Shown: piece after piece, positions 52,629 to 61,543 of the stretch | Layout of the letters: the number at the start of each line of letters is the position of its first letter | Numbering within the stretch: the first letter of the stretch is position 1 | The notes under the pieces: generated by a model | What the model was told of the DNA's origin: nothing | The model's database searches: none | The model's input: only the letters and a program-made list of their open reading frames with translations | From: an uncultured Alphaproteobacteria bacterium | Lineage (GTDB): Bacteria; Pseudomonadota; Alphaproteobacteria; SP197 | DNA: 64,000 nt | Assembly (NCBI GenBank): GCA_943787175.1 | Contig: CALSLK010000015.1 | Span: forward strand, 76,788 to 140,787 | Direction: 5' to 3' | Program-made: the position numbers and the translations under genes

Positions 52629-54196
52629 ATGCTCGACTTTCCCGCCTGGAAAATCTGGCTCGTTGCCGGAATCTGTGCCTTGGGCGCCCTGTTTGCGGCG
52701 CCCAACCTGTTGCCGCGTGATGTTGCCGATTCGCTGCCGGGCTGGATGCCCAATCAGCAAATCGCCCTTGGGCTTGATCTCTCTGGCGGTGCGCATCTCC
52801 TTCTGGAGATTGATGAAGAGGTTTATACCGCCGACCGTCTGATGACGATGGAAAGCGATATCCGCCGCATTCTGCGCACGGAACGGATCGGCGTGCGTGT
52901 CCTGGGTACACAAGACATGACCGTCAATTTCGCCCTGCGTGACGCAGCCGATGCTGAAGCGGTGCGCGAAGAACTTTCGGGCATTGGTGACGGTTTCCTG
53001 ATTGTCGTGAACGATGACGGCACAATGACGGTCACCATGACCGAAGAGGGCCTGACCCTTGGTCTGAGCGATGCGATTGAGCGCACGATCGAGGTTCTGG
53101 GCAAACGCATCGATCCAAACGGTGTTCTCGAACCCATCATCACGCGTCAGGGACGTGACCGTATTCTGGTTCAGGTCCCTGGGCTCGATAACACCGAAGA
53201 ACTCAAGGGTCGGCTCGGGCAAACTGCAAAGCTCACCTTCCATCTCGTGGATGATGAAGCGAGTGTTTCGGCAGCCCAGGAGGGCAACCTTCCCCTGGGA
53301 TCGGTCTTGATGCCGGGCTCAGAGGAGTCGGATGCCACATTTTTTGTGCTGCGCTCAGAAGTGTTGGTAAGCGGCGAAAATCTGGCGGACGCAGCGTCCA
53401 CCTTCGATCAGTCGGGCAATCCTGCGGTGTCGTTCAGTTTTGACAGCATTGGTGCTTCACGCTTCTGCGAAGTCACAACAGCCAGTGTTGGCAGACGCCT
53501 TGCCATTGTTCTCGATGGTGAGGTCATTTCCGCCCCGCGCATCAACAGTCCGATCTGTGGCGGCAACGGCATCATCACCGGCAGCTTCTCGACGGTTGGC
53601 GCTGAAAACCTTGCCATCCTGTTACGCGCTGGTGCCTTGCCGTGCCGCTCGATATTGTTGAAGAGCGCACTGTCGGCCCGACGCTGGGCGCAGATTCGAT
53701 CGAAGCGGGCAAGATTGCTTCGTCGATTGGTTTTGCAGCCGTCATCATCTTCATGACGATCTGCTACGGGCGCTTTGGCCTGTTCGCCAATGTTGCGCTG
53801 TTCATGAACCTGGTCATGATCATGGGCGCGCTCTCGTTCCTTCAGGCGACACTGACCTTGCCGGGTATTGCGGGCATCGTGTTGACCGTGGGTATGGCGG
53901 TCGACGCCAATGTTCTGATTTTCGAGCGTATACGCGAGGAAGTCCTGAACGGGCGAACACCCTATAACGCTGTCGAGGTCGGGTTTACCCGGGCCATGAC
54001 GACCATCTTTGACGCCAACTTCACCACTGCGGTCGCTGCATTGCTGCTGTTCTTCCTGGGCTCTGGCCCTGTGCGTGGATTTGGTGCAACGCTGGCGATC
54101 GGCATCATTACATCGATGTTCACGGCGATCATGCTCACGCGCATGCTGGCTGTGTTGTGGCTCAAGCGTTCGCGCCCAACCGCGCTGCCGATCTGA
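52629..54196 (+). CDS. secD: protein translocase subunit SecD, one frameshift near 53640
   Basis: N-terminal 340 aa intact; C-terminal TM bundle (…GFAAVIIFMTICYGRFGLFANVALFMNLVMIMG…) continues in another frame. Confidence 0.85.
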
Positions 54197-54207
54197 GGGA
54201 CGGGACC

Positions 54208-55141
54208 ATGAAACTCCTGCGCCTCGTTCCAAGCGGTCTGCGTGTGCCTTTCATGAAGTGGCACAGGCCTGCCATCGCATTGTCAGCCTCGCTCCTGCTG
54301 GGCTCGGTCGTTCTGCTGTTCACGATGGGCCTTAACTTCGGCATTGATTTCAAGGGCGGCACGCTCATCGAGATCCAGACGGCAGAAGCTGATCTTGGTG
54401 ATCTGCGCAGCGAGTTGAACGCTCTTGGCCTTGGTGATCTGTCACTCCAGGAGTTCGGCGCTTCCGATGACATTCTGATTCGGTTGCCGCTCCAGCCTGG
54501 TGAAGACAGCGAGCAGCAGGCAGCAGTCCTCCTGGTGCAGGGCAAGATTTCTGAGATGTATCCCGGCGTCGATTTCCGCCGGGTCGAGTTTGTCGGACCG
54601 CAAGTCTCGGGCGAGCTGATCGAGAAGGGCACACAGGCCGTTCTCGTCGCGATCCTTTTGATGATGGTCTACATCTGGTTCCGGTTCGAATGGCAGTTTG
54701 GTGTCGGTGCAGTCCTGGCCCTAATCCATGACGTTGGCCTGACCATCGGCCTGTTCTGCCTGTTCCAGTTCGATTTCGATCTGCCTGTTGTCGCGGCCTT
54801 GCTGACCATTGTCGGCTATTCGATGAACGATACAGTCGTGGTTTACGACCGGGTGCGCGAGAACCTGCGCAAGTACAAGCAGGAAGAACTTCCCGACCTG
54901 ATCGACCGCTCGCTGTCAGACACCCTGTCGCGCACGATCATGACCAGCGTGACGACGTTGCTGGCGCTCATTGCGCTCTATGTCTTCGGTGGCGAGGTCA
55001 TCCGTCCGTTCGTCATGGCGATGATCTGGGGCGTGCTGGTCGGCACCTATTCCTCACTCTTCATCGCCCGCGCCCTTCCTGCTCTACGTCAAACCGATCC
55101 GTCGCAGCGAGGAAGACGAGGACGCCGAAGAGGCGCCATGA
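54208..55141 (+). CDS. secF: protein translocase subunit SecF, frameshift about 25 codons from C-terminus
   Basis: Start MKLLRLVP.. . The track ORF runs on into the next gene; the alternative frame gives the expected end …LLYVKPIRRSEEDEDAEEAP* with ATGA overlap to the following gene. Confidence 0.85.
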
Positions 55142-55506
55142 GCGAGGATATTCCGCGCGGCCGCAAGGTTGTCTCGGGCTACGGCGATGGCGGTTTCCGC
55201 ATTGCCGGTGAACGTGTGGATGGCTCGGTCATCCTGTTCCCTGAACGGTTTCTTGCCTGGGATGTGTCGGCTCTATCAGAGCTGACGCCCGACCATTTCA
55301 GCGACATCATCGCTTGTGCGAACGAAGTCGATATCCTTCTGCTGGGCTGTGGCGATGTCCCTCCGATCATCGGCCACGAACTCCGCGATGCCTTGAAGGC
55401 CCATAACATCGTCCATCGATGCCATGGGGACTGGCGCAGCCTGCCGCACCTTCAACATTCTGCTTGGTGAAAGCCGGGCTGTTGCGGCTGCGCTGATCGC
55501 CGTCTG
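55138..55506 (+). CDS. Mth938-like (DUF498, NDUFAF3-homologous) protein, frameshift near C-terminus
   Basis: MSEDIPRGRKVVSGYGDGGFRIAGERVDGSVILFPERFLAWDV...DILLLGCG; canonical end IDAMGTGAACRTFNILLGESRAVAAALIAV* is in the adjacent frame. Confidence 0.65.
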
Positions 55507-55553
55507 AGGCAGACCGTTCGACGTTGATTCGGGCAGTCCTACGGGCGAATCGA

Positions 55554-55590
55554 ACACAAAAAAAGGGGCGGAGGTTTCCCTCCGCCCCGG
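55554..55590 (-). terminator. rho-independent terminator (serves minus-strand membrane-protein gene; A-tract gives some bidirectional character)
   Basis: Perfect 10-bp stem GGGGCGGAGG / CCTCCGCCCC with tttc loop, followed by a T7 run on the minus strand. Confidence 0.55.
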
Positions 55591-55613
55591 CATTCAAGCC
55601 GATCTTACTGCGT

Positions 55614-56115
55614 TCAGTACCAGGGGTTCTGAGCAGAAATCATGCAGAACAGCATGGGGATCGACAGCATCGTGTTGGTCCGCGAAAACAACATGGCGGT
55701 CCGGGCAGACTTCTTTTTGGAGTCTGCGTCGGCTTCAACCATGCCAAGGGCCCGCTTCTGGTTCGGCCAGATGATGAACCAGACGTTGAACCACATGATG
55801 GCGCCCATCCACATACCGATGCCGATGGCTGTGCTGCCGCCGTTGTCGGTGATGCCAAGCGCAATGGCTTCAACCAGGTAACCGTTCAGGCCGGCAAGAA
55901 TGACGCCGGTGACGATGGTTGCCATGGCGCCCCCAACGGAACCAGAAAAGTGCCGCAGGTGCGATGACCTTGCCGATCGCCGGCTTCTGCTCATCGGGAA
56001 TCTTGGGCATGTTCGGGATCTGCACAAAGTTGAAGTACCAGAGCAGGCCGATCCACATGACGCCGGACAGCACGTGCAGCCAGCGAAACAGGAATGATAT
56101 GAAAAATTCGTCCAT
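55614..56115 (-). CDS. conserved integral membrane protein (resembles the N-terminal membrane domain of urate-hydroxylase PuuD / CopD-like proteins), one frameshift near 55900
   Basis: Strong RBS taggagggtaaatcATG; MDEFFISFLFRWLHVLSGVMWIGLLWYFNFVQIP then, in another frame, …IVTGVILAGLNGYLVEAIALGI…MWMGAIMWFNVWFIIWPNQKRA…. Confidence 0.45.
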
Positions 56116-56137
56116 GATTTACCCTCCTATGGCCGCA

Positions 56138-56228
56138 TCAGATGTTAAGCAGAATGACAGCAACAATGACCGTCAGGACGCATCCTGCGATAACCGTGCC
56201 TTGAAGCGATTCGAGAATTTTGGCCATG
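56138..56228 (-). CDS. putative 29-aa hydrophobic micro-protein co-transcribed upstream of the membrane-protein gene
   Basis: MAKILESLQGTVIAGCVLTVIVAVILLNI*; stop lies 22 nt before the ATG of the downstream gene, whose RBS sits in that gap; one predicted TM helix. Confidence 0.3.
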
Positions 56229-56431
56229 AGCTCCCCACCACCAGTGAATCCGTGTGAAAGTCCAATGCCGCTTCAGGGATTACCACCCTTGTTCGACAAT
56301 GCGGGACGCCGCCGGAAACCTTCCGGTCAACGCTCCCTGTGCAAGTCATTCTTGTTCCAAGTTCGCAGAAATGTCCAGTTTCGACAGCGTTTCCTTTGCA
56401 GTTTGCCTCACGATTTAGTGGATGTCTGACC

Positions 56432-57281
56432 ATGGCTAAACCAAAAGCAGATCTATCGGCCTGTGGTCAGCTGGTGCGCGAGAACGACCCAGACCGGTTT
56501 TTCTGCACCCTGTTTGCTGCATCTGAAAAACGTGAGGCTCTGTTTGCCCTTTACGCCTTCAACCACGAGCTGGCCCGTGTTGCCGAATCTGTTTCTGAAC
56601 CCATGCTGGGCGAAATCCGTTTGCAATGGTGGCGCGAGGCCCCTGGATGGCATCGAGGCTGGAACGCCGCGCAGGCACGATGTCGTTGAGGGCTTGGCTG
56701 CTGCCTGGGATTCCGGAATGGAACGTGCCTTGCTCGACGCCATGATTGATGGCCGGGCGGCTGACCTTGCATCGGACCCGCCAGAGGACATTGAAACACT
56801 GGTTGCTTATGCCCACCAGACTGCGGCATGTCTGACACAACAGGCATGCATGATTCTGGGGGCCCACAAGGAAAACGTTGCTGGGGCAAGCAAGGATGCT
56901 GGCACGGCCATTGCGTTGGCCGGTCTGTTGCGCTCAACCCTCAGTCTCTGTGCGCAGGGCAGGGTCATGCTTCCAGCCGATCAGCTTTCACTCCACCGTC
57001 TGGATGCGCGCGATGTTCTCAAGGGCGAAAACAACAGCCGTCTGGTCAGCGTCGTGAAGACGGTCACGGGCCACGCCGATGGCGTCGGAAAATCCGCCAG
57101 GTCTGCATCGCGGCGTCTGCCCAAGGGGGTGGTGCCGGCTCTGTTGCCACTTTCCTTTGCCTTGCGTGACCTCGCCACGCTGAAGGCAAATGGCTACAAC
57201 GCCTTTGATCCCGGCCTTGCACGTCGCGGTGGTGATCGTCAGCTTGGTGTGTTGTGGCGCGCCTTTCTGGGCCGGGTCTGA
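56432..57281 (+). CDS. squalene/phytoene-synthase-fold protein lacking the first Asp-rich motif (NDUFAF6-like / inactive PSY paralog), one frameshift near 56650
   Basis: FFCTLFAASEKREALFALYAFNHELARVAESVSE...EIRLQWWREA: the position of the usual YAFCR.ADDIVD motif is NHELAR. The remaining 210 aa are in a second frame. Confidence 0.6.
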
Positions 57282-57292
57282 GGAGGCCCGGC

Positions 57293-58249
57293 ATGTCGTC
57301 ATCGGTTGATATCCAAGCGGCCCAGGCCTGGTGCGCGGACTTTGTGGCACAGCGCCCCAGCAACGTGACACGGCTTGCCGGATTGCTGCCTGCAGCCAAA
57401 CGCCCGCTCTTTTATCCCGCATATTGTGCCATGCGGGTCATCGATGATGAGGTCGATGACGTCTTTCTGGCACTTGCTGATTCGCGACGCGATGCAGAGC
57501 GGCCCGGTGTGGCCCGACGTGTTGAGCAATGGCGCAACGATGCGGTTGAATCACTGCAGGGGCGCTACGTTACGACGGATGATACCGATGATGCCCGCAT
57601 CTTCGTTGCCATGAATGCGACCCTGGGTCGCAGCAACATGGGAACCGATGCTTTCCATGGCCTTGCAAATGCCATGCAACGCGACGTCGCTGAACGGCCA
57701 TTGGCCATGTGGGATGAGTTCCTGGACTACACCGAAGGTGCCGCTGTTGCGCCTGCTGCAGTGTTTGTCTTCATCCTGGCTGCGAAGGTGAAGCGTGATG
57801 GTACCCTCACATGCCAGTTTGAGCAGACCTTGTGCGGACTATGCCCGCCATCTCGCGATCTTCAGTTACCTTGTGCATATTCTGCGCGATCTCAAGGCCG
57901 ATGCGGAACGCGCGCCCCAGCACCTGACCCTGCCGGATGACCTTCTGGCCCGGGCGGGGCTGACAAAGGCGCAATTGCAGCATGCTGCAGGCAAGGGGAT
58001 GATTCTGCCCTGGCGCCTCTGGTCGGCATCATCGCAGAACTCTGCGAGCGCCATTATGTCATCACCATGAACGATCTGGCATCCCTCAACGACGAAACCG
58101 ACGGGGCCGCGGCCATGCTGGTTGGGTTGGCTGAGGTCTACCGCCAACAGTTCGATGCCATCCGGGCTGATTATGGTTCTGTGCTTGGTGGAGAGGCGGT
58201 GGTCGACATGGCGACGGTTGATCGCCTGCTTGCGGCAGGAAGGTCCTGA
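57293..58249 (+). CDS. squalene/phytoene synthase family protein (HpnC/HpnD/CrtB-like) with intact DxxxD, two frame shifts
   Basis: YPAYCAMRVIDDEVDD Asp-rich motif; continuation in two further frames (…ARHLAIFSYLVHILRDLKADAERAPQHLTLP…; …MLVGLAEVYRQQFDAIRADYG…). Confidence 0.6.
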
Positions 58250-58253
58250 GCTA

Positions 58254-58313
58254 GAGCGGATCGTGTCCACACTAAAACACGTTGTGAAACTGTGTGGATA
58301 TGTGAATCCGCTC
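58254..58313. terminator. imperfect long inverted repeat between convergent genes
   Basis: GAGCGGATcgtgTCCACAC ...19 nt... GTGTGGAtatgtgaATCCGCTC. Confidence 0.3.
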
Positions 58314-58387
58314 GCCATCAAATAGTCAGAGCATCCTTACCATTCTTGATCGTATCGCGAAGCGATTCGAACCGGTCAGGATATGCT

Positions 58388-59736
58388 CTAAGCGGCAGCC
58401 TGGCGTTCGCCAAGCCAAACACTCAGATCGGCCCGGGCTCGCGAGACAAAGCTGGCGCGCCGCGCACTCTTGTGAAGCCGTTGGTCCGGTAGTGGGAAAA
58501 GCCCGAAATTGCAGTTCATCGGCTGAAACGTCTTGGCATCCGCGCCAACCGTGACGTGGTTGAGCAGGGCACCCAGTGCCGTCGTTGATGGCGGCGGGAT
58601 GATCGCGCGGCCCTGATGTTCCAGCACAGCAAAGCGACCTGCCAGAAGACCCATGGCGGTGCTCTCCACATAGCCTTCAACACCGGTGATTTGGCCCGCA
58701 AAGCGCAGGTGCGGGTGCCTGCGCAGTCTCAACGCAACCGTCCAACAGAGCAGGGCTGTTGATGAAGGTGTTGCGATGGATGCCGCCCAGGCGTGCAAAC
58801 TCTGCGTTTTGCAGGCCGGGAATCATGCGAAAGATCTTGGCCTGTTCGCCGTATTTCAGCTTGGTCTGAAAGCCCACCATGTTGAACAGCGTTCCCAGCG
58901 CATTGTCCTGGCGCAGCTGTGCAACGGCAAAAGCACGTTCGCCCGTGCGCGGATCGGTCAGGCCAACCGGTTTCATGGGGCCAAAGCGTAGCGTATTGCG
59001 ACCGCGTTCTGCCATGACCCTCGATGGGAAGGCAGCCCTCGAAATAGGGCGTGTCCTTTTCCCATTCCTTGAACTCGGTCTTTTCGGCAGCCATGACCGC
59101 ATCGATGAAGGCGTCGTACTCGACCATCGACATCGGGCAGTTGATATAGGCAGCTTCATCACCTGCAGGTCCCGGTTTGTCATAGCGGGACTGGAACCAG
59201 GCCGTGTCGAAATCGATACTTTCGCGATGGATGATCGGTGCAATGGCGTCGAAGAACGCCAGTTCGCTTGCTCCGGTAGCCGCATGGATCGACGTCGCAA
59301 GCTTGTCGGAGGTCAGCGGTCCTGTCGCGATGATCGCCAGGCCGTCGTCAGGTTCGGGCAGCCCATCGACTTCACCGCGCTCGATGGTGATCAGAGCATG
59401 AGAGGCAATCTGGGCCTCCACAGCCTCGGCAAATCCGTTGCGATCCACAGCCAGAGCGCCGCCGGCGGGCACCTGATGGGTGTCGGCGGCCGCCATGATG
59501 ACGGAATTGCCGCGTCGCAGCTCTTCATGCAGCAGGCCGACTGCGTTGTTTTCGGCGTCATCAGACCGGAATGAGTTGGAACAGACCAGTTCGGCCAGCG
59601 TATCGGTCTTGTGCGCCTCAGTGCCCCGTTCCCCACGCATTTCGTGGAGTACAACGGGAAGCCCGGCTTGTGCGATCTGCCAGGCGGCTTCGCAGCCGGC
59701 CAGCCCGCCGCCGATGACATGGATGGGTTTGCTCAT
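58388..59736 (-). CDS. trmFO: methylenetetrahydrofolate--tRNA-(uracil-5-)-methyltransferase TrmFO (Gid), two frame shifts
   Basis: N-terminus [34 protein letters not shown] (FAD Rossmann) …[16 protein letters not shown]; C-terminal 200 aa in two other frames (…[40 protein letters not shown]…; …[24 protein letters not shown]…). Confidence 0.8.
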
Positions 59737-59861
59737 GACCGATCAGGTAAGTGCGCGGATGATCCGCGTCAATGCCTTTCGCCTGTGCATAACCACAACA
59801 TGGCGCGCCTGTCCGACGCCATGCGACCTGCTATGTTCGCGCCCTCAGATCAGGATTTCCG

Positions 59862-61019
59862 ATGGCAGACTCGGCGGCGCAATTCATTCCCGGACTGGAG
59901 GCAGAAGAGGCCCAGGCAGGTGGTTTCACCACTGGTGTGCTGCCCTCACAGCAGATCCGCGACCTCATGGGGCGCGACATTCTGGTCGAAGGGCCTCTTG
60001 ATGATGACCAGATTCAGCCTTCCAGCATCGATCTGCGCCTGGGCGATGTCGCCTGGCGTGTGCGCTCCTCCTTCCTTCCGGGGCCAAAATCCACTGTTGA
60101 AGGCAAGCTGCGTGATCTGGGCATGCATCGCATCGATCTTACCGATGGTGCCGTTCTCGAGCGCGGCTGTGTCTACATTGTGCCCTTGCAGGAGGCCGTT
60201 CGCCTGACCGGTGACCTGGCCGGTGTCGCCAACCCGAAGAGTTCGACGGGCAGGCTCGACATCTTCACCCGCGTCATCACCGACTACGCCACGGAGTTCG
60301 ACCGGGTTCCCAAGGGGTACAAGGGCGGGCTTTATGCTGAAGTCTCGCCGCGCACGTTCAGTGTAGTGGTGCGGCGTGGATCGCGGCTTTGCCAGCTCCG
60401 GCTGCGACGTGGATCGCCGGTATTCGGTGAAGCGAAGCTCAAGGAGCTCCACGAGAAGTATCGGCTGGTTGATACCCCGGAAGGGGCAGGGACCATTCGC
60501 GATGATTCCATTGCCTTTTCCCTGGACCTGAAAGGCGACGGCAAGGGTTCCCTGGTCGGCTATCGGGCGAAACAGCACACCGATGTCATCGATGTGGACC
60601 GCAAAGGAGTCCTGGATCCTGCCGGCTTCTGGGAACCGATCCATGAGCAGGAGGGTGAGGGTCTGATCCTCAATCCCGATGATTTCTACATTCTGGCGAC
60701 CCGCGAAAGGGTCAAGGTGCCGCCGGACCATGCCGCCGAAATGGTTGCTTATGACACACTGATTGGCGAGTTCCGGGTGCATTATGCTGGTTTCTTTGAT
60801 CCCGGATTTGGCTGGAGTCCGGATGATAATGCCGGATCGCGGGGCGTTTTGGAGGTCAGAAGCCACGAAGTTCCGTTCCTTCTCGAGCACGGCCAGATCA
60901 TGGGCCGCCTGCGTTATGAACGTCTGACGGCTGTTCCTGACATGCTTTATGGCGTCGATCTGGGAAGCCACTACCAGGGCCAGTCGCTGGCGCTATCCAA
61001 GCATTTCAAGCGAAGCTGA
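59862..61019 (+). CDS. 2'-deoxycytidine 5'-triphosphate deaminase, long (about 370-aa) form
   Basis: 385 aa; dUTPase-like fold motifs (IDLRLGDVAWRV, GCVYIVPLQE, VANPKSSTGRLDIFTRVITDY) duplicated in N- and C-halves. Confidence 0.7.
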   Translation: MADSAAQFIPGLEAEEAQAGGFTTGVLPSQQIRDLMGRDILVEGPLDDDQIQPSSIDLRLGDVAWRVRSSFLPGPKSTVEGKLRDLGMHRIDLTDGAVLERGCVYIVPLQEAVRLTGDLAGVANPKSSTGRLDIFTRVITDYATEFDRVPKGYKGGLYAEVSPRTFSVVVRRGSRLCQLRLRRGSPVFGEAKLKELHEKYRLVDTPEGAGTIRDDSIAFSLDLKGDGKGSLVGYRAKQHTDVIDVDRKGVLDPAGFWEPIHEQEGEGLILNPDDFYILATRERVKVPPDHAAEMVAYDTLIGEFRVHYAGFFDPGFGWSPDDNAGSRGVLEVRSHEVPFLLEHGQIMGRLRYERLTAVPDMLYGVDLGSHYQGQSLALSKHFKRS

Positions 61020-61107
61020 ATCGCCGCGGGGTTTTGTGGTCTCCAGGCGTATCGGTTAGGCTCATCAGTCATAACGACGCCATTGACCACAAAACGGAGT
61101 GATCAGG

Positions 61108-61521
61108 ATGAGCATTTTACGTACGACGAAGCGTGTTCTTTGTGCCGGCGCGTTTGTTACTGCCTCGGCATTGTTTGCTCAGGCCTATGCCGGAGATGCG
61201 GCGCTGCAGGCTGAAACTGCCGCCCAACATGCCGGGTTTGCCGCTGGTTCTGATGGCATTGATTCCGTCAGGGCTCACATGCACCACGCGCTCAACTGCC
61301 TGGTCGGTCCCGATGGCGACGGATTTGATGGCAGCTTTGGTTACCCCTGCGATGGCATGGGCGGCGGCGCGATCACTGATGGCGGCTCCGAGATGCAGGC
61401 AGACTACATGCAGGCGGCAGAATATCTGCGCAATGGTCTGCTCGCTGACGCGGTCGATATTGATATGGCCAAGTCGAATGCTGTGGCCGCCCAGGACACG
61501 CTCATGAACACGAATATGTAA
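61108..61521 (+). CDS. small exported Gly/Asp-rich hypothetical protein
   Basis: Signal peptide MSILRTTKRVLCAGAFVTASALFAQAYAG; mature part HMHHALNCLVGPDGDGFDGSFGYPCDGMGGGAITDGG…; RBS ggagtgatcaggATG. Confidence 0.45.
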   Translation: MSILRTTKRVLCAGAFVTASALFAQAYAGDAALQAETAAQHAGFAAGSDGIDSVRAHMHHALNCLVGPDGDGFDGSFGYPCDGMGGGAITDGGSEMQADYMQAAEYLRNGLLADAVDIDMAKSNAVAAQDTLMNTNM

Positions 61522-61543
61522 CTGTCCCAGGCGCTGTTCGGGG

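Noticed and set aside
54157-55470. Apparent 437-aa SecF with a C-terminal extra domain.
   Set aside because: A frameshift near 55065 runs SecF into the downstream Mth938-like gene. In the correct frames they are two genes joined by an ATGA overlap.
61031-61085. 11-bp perfect inverted repeat with 33-nt loop after the dCTP deaminase gene, considered as a terminator.
   Set aside because: The loop is too long and there is no U-tract for an intrinsic terminator. Kept only as a possible 5'-UTR structure of the downstream exported-protein gene (mentioned in findings), not as a feature.
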